The notes under the pieces are model-generated. The model was not told the DNA's origin. It saw nothing but the letters and a program-made list of their open reading frames with translations, and made no database searches. Position numbers and translations under genes: made by a program. This document shows positions 36,649 to 48,582 of a stretch of DNA of 64,000 nucleotides, in pieces. Location: NCBI GenBank assembly GCA_964234715.1, contig OZ174284.1; one strand, given 5' to 3'. The DNA is from Podarcis melisellensis. Taxonomy: Eukaryota. Position 1 is the stretch's first letter. Each line of letters opens with the position of its first letter.

Positions 36649-39438
36649 GTAATTATTGCATTTTGGTTACTTCTGAACTCTGATTGCCAAGCTGCTGTGT
36701 TTAAGTTTTCCTCTGATCTCTGAAGCTTAACCTCCCTGAATCTGTCTTGAGCACAGCATCTGTCTCTGTGTCCCTTTCTAACTTGTTTCTGCACTAACAC
36801 TGCAACAGGCCTGGCCACCTCACGACGGCAGTTCCTTGCTGGAATGGCATGTTTTGACTATCAGTCACCTGTGTCCTCCTTGCTGACGAGGAATGATGCC
36901 AAAGTGTACATTAGCACAAGTAATTTGCAGCATTTTGGGTCAGAAGGCAAAATCTCCCTCGTTCATGGGCTTGTGTGCAGTGATCATAGCGGAAGGGGTT
37001 TGCCCTAAGCACTGATCCAATTTCAAAAGGAATTTCCATATCTTACTAAGAGGAAGGGCAAGGACCCAGGTGTCCAGGAGAAAGTGTCATCATCGATGAA
37101 GAGTCAGTAAATGGGAGTGAAGCAAATTGGCAGCGTTAAGGTGGGGAAGGGGCAGCGGCGTGTGCAGTGATGTGACTCACAGGGCCAGTTAAGCCTCTGC
37201 ATTTGTTCCGTTGTATGAAGAGCCGAAATAAGTTTCTGTAACGTTTGCTGTGACTGAGCAAGATTGGAGGGAGGTTTTTTCCCCATGGTCACTGACCTAA
37301 GTGCTCGTCAGACTCTTCTTGATGGCTGGTTCAGTAGATGAAGTGTCTCGAGAACTGGCTTCATAATAAACCAGACACAAGAGTATTCTCAATACAGCTC
37401 ACATTTAATATGACATTCCCTCTTACATTTTTGTTTTAGAGGGTTCCTGAGACAATCTGGTGTATTTTCAACAGCTTGTAAAGTAAAAGGCCAAACATTA
37501 ACAGACCCCATCTATCACCTCTGGGTTGAAACTCTCTCCCCATCCCCAATTACTTAGAGATGCAAGCAGGGCAGAGTCTGGGCACTACACTTACCAACAA
37601 GAGCTGTGTTTTCTGGCCATCAGGAAGGGGCTGATGGATATGTGCTGGTCCCTGCATGAAATTGTAGTCAGGAGAATGCACTGATATTTTATTGGTACCA
37701 TGTATCAAGATTCTTACTGTACCACCACCACCACTTTCTAAAAATCTGTGTTGCCTGTTCCCTCTACTATTCTTCAGGTTGCTCATTTTTTTTACTTAGA
37801 TGTGTGTTTTTGTTCCAGTTTCTCTCACACTACATGGCTGAATCTTGTTGCATCACAAGTATAGTTTCCTTTGCATGTAACACAGTTACGATCTTATTAC
37901 TAAACTCCGCATTCCTTCCTCTCACCTGGGCAGAGGATTCTTCCTCCTTCCTCTTCCCTGCATGTGGATGAGCACCACTCCCATCTTATTTAGTAGGGTT
38001 TTTTTTGGGGGGGGGACTGCTGTGTCTTTCACCACCTTGGCTAGTTTTATCCGCTTGTTTGTATTTCACAATGCAGTGGCACCTTGCTCAGTTGCTCTAA
38101 CCAATTATAATGTTTTGAATTCTTGTCTAATCTGGCTTGGATTCAGGGAGGCCAGTTTTATCCCAAAGAATCAAGGGGCCAGTTAAGTTGCCAGAACCTA
38201 TGACTTTGCTTCTGACAGCAAGTTCTTGAGCAGTGGGAATGGATTATCAGAGTTTTTAGATTTGAGTCTTGTGCAGTGGGAACTCTTGGTTCCCTCTTTG
38301 ACTTCTTTTAAAGCTTCGATTCCATTATTTTGACAGTCCCAGGAGCAAGCTGGGTGGAATTAATGTGCTATCTTCTACTGGTCTAATTGGTGTTTCCTAA
38401 GCTGTTTTTCATCAAGTTGTACCTTCACTCCTTGTGTTGAAATAGGAAGGCCTTTTCAGTGGACTTGAATGGTACTTCAGGCTTTCCCAGATGCACTTCT
38501 TGTGTACAGTCTTGAGCTCATTGGCTTCTATACATTGGAGACTGTGTCCTATCTCAGTGATCATGGTGCTTGTTACATAGCACATGTGGGGTTCTCAGCA
38601 CTCTTAAACTCTTGCATTTAGGTTGCTGCTTCCTGAATAACCATTTTGGACAAGTAAAAACAACTCTTTCACACCATTCCACTACAGATTTGCTATAGAA
38701 TGGCCATCACAGCAGAAACTTGGATGCTTTGGATTTCTTAGAATTTGATCCTATCAGGTGCCATATTCTAAATTGAAACAGTTCCTTGCATTTTTCTTTG
38801 CAGAGCTGTATAGAGTTCTGTATGGTGTGAAACCCAAATGTGCAGGTTCTCCTGGAAGCTGCCATCTGAGTTGGAAGCACAAGGTGATGGTTTGCCGCTT
38901 CCTTTTGGCACTGTTGTGCTTGGACAGTAAGCCAGCAGGTTCAGGTACATTCACGTAGATGGAAGTATCTGCCAGTAATACAATGTCTCGTTCCAATAAC
39001 GAGTCCCTGGGGCTTCTTAGTTTCCATCTGCAGAGCAGAGCAGCTGTCCGTGCTGAGTGAGTGGGCAGAGCTGGCAGTAGCATTAACTTGATATAATAGG
39101 TGCTTGTTGACAATGTAGAGGAACCCATTAATCATGGACCTGTCATTGATACCAAAAGCTAGTTCATTCCCCAGTGGAAAATGGCAACGTTGCAGACCAC
39201 CCACTGATCTGGAAAATAACACACAATTACATGATTAACCTAATAGGAGTGAAACTGCTAGCTGAGCCCTAAATCCCTTCCTCTTCATTATGTCCTGGTA
39301 CTGAATTGTAGAATTCATGTGCATGGCTTTTTAAACTCTTGCTTTCTCCTATTTTTCCATTGTAGCTATAGTTTTGATGGCCTTCAGGAGCTATCATGCA
39401 GTCAGGTTTAAATGACAGCCATTGCTTTGCTCTTCTAG

Positions 39439-39620
39439 GGACCAGCAGTACAAACACTGTTGCGGGTACAGTGAACAGCCAGGCACCTCAGTCTCAGCCT
39501 CCTGCCTCTAGTCGAAAAGGGACCTTTACGGATGACCTGCACAAGCTAGTAGACAACTGGGCTCGCGATGCCATGAGCCTCTCTGGCAAGAAAGGAGGCA
39601 AGGGGCATGGCAATTATGAG
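39439..39620 (+). CDS. WNK1: WNK1 exon 27
   Basis: ttctag|GG ... GAG|gtaagt; TSSTNTVAGTVNSQ...RKGTFTDDLHKLVDNWARDAMSLS. Confidence 0.96.
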
Positions 39621-39784
39621 GTAAGTACTTGCTTGGGGCATTATGTCTGGTCGTGTGCACTTGGCCAACTTACAAGTCATTCATGGAAGAATCTGACACA
39701 TTTCTGAGGAAGAAGCCTCTAAGGACTGTGTTAACATTGTTTGGCAATTCTGAAATAACCTCTTGGGTTGGGTTTTGTTTTTAG

Positions 39785-40099
39785 GGCCCAGGAATGGCAA
39801 GGAAGTTCTCTGCACCAGGTCAGCTCTGCATCTCGATGACGTCCTCCCTCGGTGCTACACCCATCTCTGCTGCGTCAGCTACCTCCCTAGGTCACTTCAC
39901 AAAGGCCATGTGCCCCCCTCAGCCATACGGTTTCCCAGCAGTGCCCTTTGTAGCTCCCTGGAGCGGGACAGGTGGTCCAGCACCGCAGCCTTTAGGCCAG
40001 TTCCAGCCTGTAGGTGCCACCTCATTGCAAAGCTTCAACATCAGCAACTTGCAGAAATCCATCAGCAACCCCCCTGGCTCTAATCTGCGGACCACTTAA
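39785..40099 (+). CDS. WNK1: WNK1 exon 28 coding part, with stop codon
   Basis: ttttag|GGC; GPGMARKFSAPGQLC...LQKSISNPPGSNLRTT-TAA, the canonical WNK1 C-terminus. Confidence 0.97.
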   Translation, partial: GPGMARKFSAPGQLCISMTSSLGATPISAASATSLGHFTKAMCPPQPYGFPAVPFVAPWSGTGGPAPQPLGQFQPVGATSLQSFNISNLQKSISNPPGSNLRTT

Positions 40100-42585
40100 T
40101 GAGACCCAGGCATGCTGCTGGGTAGACTTGAGGGGGGAGATCGGGCCCTGAATCAACCACTAGGCTGCAGTGAACTGACTATTAGCGCCCAAAGGGAGGG
40201 GGGTGAACTTCCTCCTCTAACCATTGCTCTCTGCTCTCCGTAAGAAAAGCCCTCCATTTTGAATATGGGGAGAAGAGTGATCAGGATCTTCCACGATGGG
40301 ACATGCTTCCTCTCGTCTGTGGCAAGTGTGTAAAGATGAAAGCTACCACACAAGCCAAGGGCTTTGTGCTGTAAAATTCATTTGGCTTAAGATGCTGAAT
40401 CTACATGGGTTGAGACGGGAGAATTGTTGTTAGTTTTAGCATGAATCTTTAGTATGCCATTTGTCTTGCTCTGAGGAATTAAGCCGGGGGTGGGGGGAGC
40501 TGTCCATTATTTCCATGTCTCTTCCTTCCGTCAGACCATCACACCGAAGTTCCTGAGCTGATGGGGCACACAAGTGGACTTGCAGAACAGCCCGTGCTTT
40601 GACATAGGTCATTACTGCTTTAAGTAAAAGATATTAACAGCTTTGACTGCAGCATTAGAGCAATTTAAATTGTTTAGAAGACAAATTTTTTAAAAAGTTC
40701 CCTGCGGACATGTACTTACCATCAGTTTTGATGTGGAAACACTGTGATATATAAATGTTGTTGGACAACAGTAGTTAAAAAAAAAAGAGTGGCATATAGA
40801 GGGTTAAACAGTTAAAAAGGAAAAAAAAATGGGGGAAAAGCTAGCTATATCCTGATACTTATTGGAGACACTTTAACTTTTTTTCCTTTGTATTTTCATT
40901 GTATTAGATAAATGTGAATGTATAATTGTATAAATTAATGTACTTGAATACTTGTCTGTTCTCCCAGTATGCTTGCTGGATATTTTAGTGCCTTGGACTT
41001 TTATTGCTTCTACAGTTAGCATCACCTTCCCAGCAGACTTTCGCCAGGCAGAGGGAGGTTATTTGGATATAGTCACTGGAATACCAAAGGCATAACACAT
41101 TGGATGCTTATACTGTAATAGTGTCGAGAGTAGGTGTTGGAGGGGGAGCTATTGCAGCTTTTGTGTCGGAAGAGTAAAGCTATGGAGCGGTGGGGGAAAC
41201 TGATGTGGCTGATGCAGCAGCAGCAGTGAGGGATTTATGCGGAGGTGCTGAAGAGAATGAACACAGTGACCAGAGTAGAAGCTGGGTTGTTGAGAATAAG
41301 GGAAGTGGGGGGAAAAGAGGGACATCTTTGAAGGGGTAAGCACCTACCGGTGGGTTGACTTTTAAGCTATAAAGGTTTTTTAGCAAGGGTAATGTATGTC
41401 AAGGGATTGGAGCGATCACTCTGGAGAGGGAGGGTGTTTGCTGGGATTTGCTCTCCCCTGCCCTGCCTGTCAATCCAATCCTGAAAGGCCAGGAACACAT
41501 CTTCCTGGTGCAGCATCCATTGCTAAGGATGGATACACTTGAAACAGCCAGCATCAAAAACAACTTCTTCTTTCTATGTCTAAAGGACTTAAAACTGGTA
41601 CCAGGACTGTAACTAACTGTGTTGCCTTTTAGTAGGTGTACTATATCTCCTACTCGCCTTCCTCTTTCTAACTTAAAATACTGGTTTCCCCGATCAAATG
41701 AAATAACTGCAACCAACTAGTATTACTTTGCATTGCAGCAGCAGGCTGTGAAGTCAAAGTACTTCTGCTTTGGACTTGGAAGCAGCTTTACTGCTTGGTC
41801 TGGAAGTCTGTTTTCTCTTTCCCCACCCCCAGGAGTCCTCTAAAGTTAGCAAGGACATTTGTTCTTTCTGTATTTCTTTCACTCTTTCCTCAAACATATG
41901 CACAAGTCTTTCTTTCTTTCTTTTCCCTTCGCCTCAAGTTGAAGTTTACAGTGGTTTTGTCAGGCAGAAGTAGGATTTGGACCCGGTGGCTGAAAACAAA
42001 AGACGTAAGTCTAGGTGGCTGGGATTCAACAACTTTTCAGACTTAAAAAAAAGTCCTCACAGGTGTGATGGGAAATTCAAGGTGAGGTTGATGTGCAGAA
42101 AGCAGGAAGGAGCAATGGATGAAAAGATGCCACCAAATGTTAGAAGATCTAGTCAGCTGAGTGTTGCACAAGGATAGTATTTTGGTTTAATATGTTTGAG
42201 GTCGAGTTTTCACTTAGTTATGCAAGTACTGGTTTTATTTACCATTGATTTCCCTCCTGTGGATGAAATAACTGAGGTCTAGAGGAATTAACTAATGCTA
42301 CTGAACTGTTAAATTATTTTGTGTTATTACACTTTGAATACCTTTTTCCACAAGATCTGTTTCTGAATTACAGATGTTTTCTTTACATTATTTAACAATG
42401 TACACTGTAAAAAAATAAAATAAAATGAATTCAAACCTTGGGCTTCCCTGGCCGTAGTTAATGGTATGTTTTGCACTAAATCCAGGCATTGCGCTTCCTG
42501 TATGATTGCGCTTTGTGCTGCAGTTTGTTACCTTTGTAGATATTTAATGAAATCATTCAAATAAACCAAACCTGCTTTTGTTGAG
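40100..42585 (+). other. WNK1: WNK1 3'UTR (end approximate)
   Basis: Follows the stop; AATAAA at 42414-42419, 42419-42424 and 42560-42565, the last followed by a GU/U-rich tract. Confidence 0.65.
42560..42565 (+). terminator. Likely distal polyadenylation signal of WNK1
   Basis: AATAAA followed about 25 nt later by ctgtggtttttcattt. Confidence 0.6.
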
Positions 42586-42746
42586 CTGTGGTTTTTCATT
42601 TTCGAATGGCCTTGGTTCCTCCTGTGCCCGAAGCTTAACAATTGTTAGTGAGCTCTTGTTACTCCCACTAGCATTATTGTTAACAGTCATTTGAGTTTGA
42701 AGGAGTGCAGGTGCCTTCAAACAAATATTTAAATAATACTTGAAAA

Positions 42747-42752
42747 TTTATT
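42747..42752 (-). terminator. Candidate distal polyadenylation signal of RAD52 (a second candidate lies at 43301-43306)
   Basis: TTTATT on + strand = AATAAA on - strand, downstream of the RAD52 stop. Confidence 0.45.
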
Positions 42753-43943
42753 ATTTGGTTTCTGAGACTTAAACTTTTTGAAAAGATCTTTCCACAGATA
42801 ACACTTCCATAATAGAAATCTAAAATGGGAAATTTGGTAGTAATCAATTTACACTGCGAGGTCGTGCCAGTAAACCACCTAAGATTGTTGATGTTGACCC
42901 ATTAAGTGTTTTGTTGGCCTTGCCTCATTAAATTTAAATAATTTGCTTTTACCAAACGCTGCAGAAAAAATGATAGTCCTAATTACCCAGAGAAGTCCTC
43001 CAGCCACATATATAACTTATAAACTGTATATGCCAAAATACAGCATCTTTCCTCTACTCTTGACTGGTTCTAAGGAGGAAGTTTCAACCCAGGCAACAAC
43101 CATTTTGCACAGTGATTCCAGTTGTGGCCCACACAAGCGCCAGCAGAACATTCATAGGCCGCCCCATTCCGGGTCCAAAAGGACCCAGGCGTTAGCAGTC
43201 ACACCTCAATTGGATGCATGCAAAATGGCCGTCACTTGTATATCAATTCCGAACCTCTTTAGTAAGCTTCGTGTCCAACTATTAGCCTCCAACATTTTTC
43301 TTTATTTGAAAGAGAACAAGGGAAAAATGATAAAAGTGTATGTGTGGCTGGCTCCAGTCTTCATACAGTGGGACATCAAATCTCACAGCTTTTCTGAATG
43401 AAAAGCTTTAATTTAACCACCATAATAAGCAGGATTCACATTGCATAATTAGCACACTGGCATCCTAGCCTTAAAAAACTTTTCATTCCACATAAGTTAA
43501 TTACTATTACTGTTACACGAAACTTGTATCAGAGTACATTTTTAAAATGCTGTTACATTCCTTTAGCTTTGGTTCTATTTTTTTCCTGAGGACAGGGCAA
43601 ATAGTACAAAAATAGTTTGCCTTGCTTTACAAGATGCACCCTTGTTAAAATGGATTTCTTCCTTTTACAATAAAGGGAGTTAAGAATAAAGCATTTGGAT
43701 ATGGAATTACATCTGTTAATCTCAACGGGATAAAATACTGCTATTATTTTCTGGAGATACAGTTGATGGAAAGCAATGTTTAAAACCTTCAAATTCTGAA
43801 AAATCATGAGCACAACCTTTTTCCTGTTTAGTGCTTGATATAGTGAGGTCTGAAGAATATTCTCCATTCTGAAACTTCTGAGTGCAAATTGCATTCTGAA
43901 ACCTGAACAGATAAAGCACCATAGTCAAGTCATTCATCTTCTG

Positions 43944-44005
43944 CTATGCAGGCTCCAGCCTTCTCTTCTTCATCCCTTGGCTCCTCCTGTATGGGCTGCA
44001 CTCAG
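43944..44005 (-). CDS. RAD52: RAD52 last coding exon (C-terminal NLS)
   Basis: tttcag|CT; ECSPYRRSQGMKKRRLEPA-TAG. Confidence 0.92.
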
Positions 44006-44405
44006 CTGAAACAGGAAACAATTGTATGTAGGAGAACTTTCTTTACAAGTCTCTTACACAACTGAGATATTACCTACTTTTGTTCTCTCTCTTCAAGAGA
44101 CCATTTCTCCGAACAGTTTGCAAAGCCTGAACTTAGAACTGCATCTTAAAACACCTTTACTTCGACGCAAGTTGCAGCAATCTTGGAGGAGGCTTTGAGA
44201 CCGAGAGCACCAAAAAAGTAGCAAGAAATCTTTCACCACTCGTTGCTGGGCACCGCAAGATTCAGAGGTAGCGTAGATGATTTGCAATTTGAGGGTGCTA
44301 AGCTAAAATAGATATACATGCTTGCCCCATTGTCGACAAACCACCACCCTATATTACCCAGTTTCTGCTGCTGTCTACATTTGCTTCTCCACCTCTTAAA
44401 CTTAC

Positions 44406-44615
44406 CTGGTATGTGAGGTCGAGAACTAGTAGAGGGATGCTGTGGTTTTGCATAGGGCCTCTGGTTATTTATCTTTTGTGGCGTTCTGCTGCGTGTCATA
44501 ATGTCATACTGCCCACAAGGTGTGCCTGGGTTTGGGGCTGGCCCAGCTGCCGTGCTGTGACTGGTAACACTAAGGTCCGTGGCCTCCAAAGGTAAGTCCC
44601 AAAGCTCAGGGTCAT
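44406..44615 (-). CDS. RAD52: RAD52 exon 11
   Basis: ttccag|AT ... G|gtaagt; DDPELWDLPLEATDL...IMTRSRTPQK...PHIP; phase 1-1. Confidence 0.9.
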
Positions 44616-45349
44616 CTGGAAGAAATGGAACATTAACAGTGAAGGGTCAGCTGCTGACCATTCCGTTCCACGTCTTGACTGCGACTGGATTAAAACTGTA
44701 ACGGGGTGGAACTAGACATTGTGTCAGCAAACACGAAATCCCAAGTTTGGGTTTTGCAATGACATAGGAACACACCGGGGTATGTGGGTGTGTGTGCTTG
44801 CTTCTTCTGTGTCCACTGATTTTGCCTTACAAACGGCCTCCATCCGTTTCGCCTCTCAGATGGTGTTATGGAGGAAGGAGAATCTAGAAAAAGGATGCAC
44901 ATTTCTTCTTTGTGTGTCCTGTTGCCTGAAATGCTGCAAGAATGTGAACCAGCCACAGGCATTAAGTTACAGCAAGACTTACTAAAATGCACACTCTGTG
45001 GGGCTGTTTTTGGAAGCTGTAGTTCTTACAGAATGTGGCTACCAGTTGTTCATGGGAGCCAGTGGATCAGAGTATGTAACACTGACTATATCAGCTGGTT
45101 CCTTTAGCATTTGGGGAGCTAAAGTGGCTATTATGTTTAAAGCTGTAAACGACTTGGGACCAGATAGTAAGATAAACTGCAGAGGCTCTTCCTGCAGATC
45201 TGCTGGTAAGGACTTGAAGTCTGGTGGGCACAAGAGATGGGGGGTTTTCCAGTGGCAGACCTGTCGCCATGGATCTCCTCCCCAGAGATGGTGCATTTTG
45301 TTTTCTGCTTTTGAACAGGTTTAAAAGACTTGGCTGTTGTAACTGAACA

Positions 45350-45580
45350 ATCATAGGGACCACAAGGGTCATCTAGTCCAACCCCTGACAATGCAGGAAT
45401 CTTTTGCCCAATGTGGTGCTCAAACCCATGACCCTGATATTAAGAGTCTCGTGCTCTACCAACTGAGCTATGTTGGTAGGTACCCCTGAACCAGAGAGTT
45501 GGAAGGGACCACAGGGGTCATCTAGTCCAACCCCTGACAATGCAGGAATGGGACTCGAACCCACGACCCTGAGATTCTTA
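45350..45580 (-). mobile_element. tRNA-Lys(CTT)-like SINE with CR1-type tail, plus an adjacent partial second copy
   Basis: Reverse complement tagctcagttggtagagcacgagactcttaatatcagggtcatgggtttgag...cctgcattgtcaggggttggactagatgaccc. Confidence 0.82.
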
Positions 45581-45658
45581 TTTGTGACCCACATTAATAG
45601 CATGTTTCCCTGAAAAGATGGTATAAAATACCTGAAAGTACCAACAACCCTCACCCAC

Positions 45659-45736
45659 CTGCAAGGAACTCCTCTTCCACAGCTGGTTCCAGCTGTGCTG
45701 AAGTGCTGTGCTTAATAGCAGGAAGAGCGCATGCTT
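45659..45736 (-). CDS. RAD52: RAD52 exon 10
   Basis: gtccag|AA ... G|gtgggt; ACALPAIKHSTSAQLEPAVEEEFLA; phase 1-1. Confidence 0.85.
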
Positions 45737-46908
45737 CTGGACAAGATAAAAAAGAAGCTTAATGTTACTGAGATTAGTGGAAGAGTGCATATTTCTCTGG
45801 ATTTAGACTATTTGCATAGAAATAATGCATAAGCTGTCTTCCTAGGCTGATAGGTGGTGGGGAAGAGACAGGATAGTGGTGGTTTTGGGCTTTATCGATA
45901 ATGGAACAAATAATATTCTTCACAAGAGCTGTCCCACATCATAATGACAAAAAAGGACTTGCCTAAATGACCCAGCATGAATAAGCTATTAATTTCCATT
46001 TCGTCCAAGGAATGCCAACTTATCTGAATTTGGCTCAATATGGAGAAAGATGGTTATTTCAACTATTAATAACAACAGATAGGTGTTGTTATTAATATGC
46101 TCTAACCTAGCCTGGACCCAGACTGATATACCAGCTGCTCTCCCCATCTCTATCACAAATCTGACTGCTGCACTGTTCTGCCATCTTAGTTGGGGCTTAC
46201 AGATGAATTGGGCTTACAAACACCAACAATAAAACAAGTCCCTAATCTGACAATCACCTTATTAATGGGTTTTATTAATATTGCTACTTACTTTTATAGG
46301 TTGGGTCAAGGCACTATTTTTCAAAAATATATTAGGCCTGCCTGCTGATTATATGATTTTTTTGTTGATTTGAGTTAACTGATGGATTAAATAATTATAT
46401 CTACATTTTATGAAACCTTCAATAATAGGTGCCATTTTCACAATGCTAAATGAAGTGAGATGTAACTACTTAACAAACAAAAGTTGACACCAGCATTGGA
46501 AGGAAATATCTTCTTTAACACATTCAGCGACATGGGACAGAAAAGTTTCTGCTGCCATTTATTTTGCCAGGAAAATTCAATCTCTAAAAATGCAGCACCA
46601 CATGAAAATTAATGAATGGATAAAAAACCAGTCAAATGAGATAGTTTCAAAAATGTAAACCCCCCCCCCCAGATGCTAGTCAAAGCAGCAGCAGCAGCAG
46701 ATTAAAGTTTGGGTTAAGCCCTCATTTTGACCTCTTTAAAGAGAGTCATATCCAGGGAAAACACACTTGTTTTACATCTCACTTTCAACTCTTACAGTGA
46801 TACAGTTAACACGGCAGGAAAGAATTAGCCCTGTTACTTAGGTACTTCATCTGCCCATTCTGAGCTTCTTTGCAGTGCAGCGGATGCAGATTCTAACTAG
46901 CATTTTAC

Positions 46909-47042
46909 CTTGACCTCTAGGTTGACAAGCTGGAGTAGTTGACTGGATTTGCTGTTTCTTCTGCATCTGCTGTCTGAACTGCTGCTGAAGTTGTTTCTGC
47001 CGCAACTTCCGGTGGTATGTTGCATCACACAGCGAGACCTCA
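46909..47042 (-). CDS. RAD52: RAD52 exon 9 (RPA-binding region)
   Basis: ttgtag|T ... G|gtaaaa; EVSLCDATYHRKLRQKQLQQQFRQQMQKKQQ. Confidence 0.9.
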
Positions 47043-48582
47043 CTACAAGAGAATACAGGAAGAGGGAATGTTACCACTAAATTCCCCATTTCATAACCAT
47101 ACTTGCTCAGAGTAAACAATATAACCAGGATGTGGGGTGGGGGGTGACACTTTAGCATATATGGCAATAGCCAAGGGCTGTGTAACTACATTCACATGTA
47201 ACTTGCATAATTTATTCAACTACAGACCTTCTCTTGCCTCAGATTTCCTATTCTGTCTACTTGCATGCATCCAGTGGTCCATAAAGCAATCCATAAAGGA
47301 AGAAGACTTTATCCTACAAGACTTGGCCTAAGGTTATACTAGGAGGTACTTCTCACAAACCAGTCTTTCTCCTGACATCTAAGTGAATGAACACTAGTTT
47401 ATAGTCTGCCCTGACTTTTTAAAAATTGTTCAGGGAAGAATTGAAATTAAACCTGCGGTCTGCAGATTGTACTCAAAGGAACCCTGAGCCAATCTTGCAC
47501 TTGTGTATCTGAAGGAAAGTTTATTACTTCCATTGCTTTCAGGAACACATACCTGCATGTACTAACCATTCTTGTACTCATAGCAGGCCTCATTCATTGG
47601 GGAGTCCTCCTAGCCCACCTTGGCAAAATCCTACTAAAGAGTTTAATTGCAGGTAGAAGTAGAAAGAACTGGTGGCTGTCTGCCTTCCAAGGTCCTTGAT
47701 GTGTCAAGGACCACCTTCATTTAGAATGCAGATTGCAACATCAGGAAGTGATCTTCAACTCAGTACAAGCCAAGGTCTTTATTTCCTGAGCAAGGATACA
47801 GAAGCTGGCTTGGCTCCCGAGCACAAGATAGTTGCACAGACCTGGTACCCTGTTGCATTTCCTCAAAGAGTATGCTGCTTCATGGGCTATTTAAGTCTCC
47901 AGTGTGCTGCACAGAGAAGTCACCTATTCATCCCTGCACAGAATTTAAGTTTTTCTGTATCTGTAGATGCAGCCTTTAGTCAAAGGGTGCTTCAATGTAC
48001 GCTGCTAGCTAGAATCCTGATCTCCCTCCCTCCCTGGGCATTTGGAGCACTGCTTTGTTAAGCTCCTGGGTTAGAGACCACTGGATGGTGACAAGTTGGA
48101 AGAACAGAAAAAAATTGCGCACCTCCATTAAAGATTGTTTTCCTTACTTGCCAGCTTTCTTCAGGTCTGGATTCTGGCATGGAAATTAGGCCATGGGTTA
48201 GGTGCCAATGTGCTTCTCTTATTCTCAATTCTCATAAAATTGGTTTTATAGGGGTGTTTTAACTTGGAACTGTTTAAATTGTATTGTTTATGGATAAATT
48301 TTGATGTATTGTTTTTAGATATGGGCCAATGGCCGTAATAAAGTAATCAATCAATCAATCTCACTGTGTTATCAGGGTCTGGTTTGAGGAAGGAAGTGGG
48401 AAGCATTTCCTAGCCCAACCAAATGTGTTCTTCTAGGGAAAAGAGCCTGCCTCCCAGTGGACAGGGAGGAAAGAATCTCAGTATTATGGACTACTGTCTG
48501 GCAAGAAACTAGAATTCATGAAGGTAAGCAAAATTCTCCATTTTTTGCTCTAGAATATACAAAGCATTAGCAATTAAGACTA

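Noticed and set aside
42943-43401. 152-aa + strand ORF
   Set aside because: Antisense to the RAD52 3'UTR, starts at TTG, no recognisable homology
45405-45475. tRNA-Lys gene
   Set aside because: Mutated B box and stems, fused to a retroposon tail; SINE-derived
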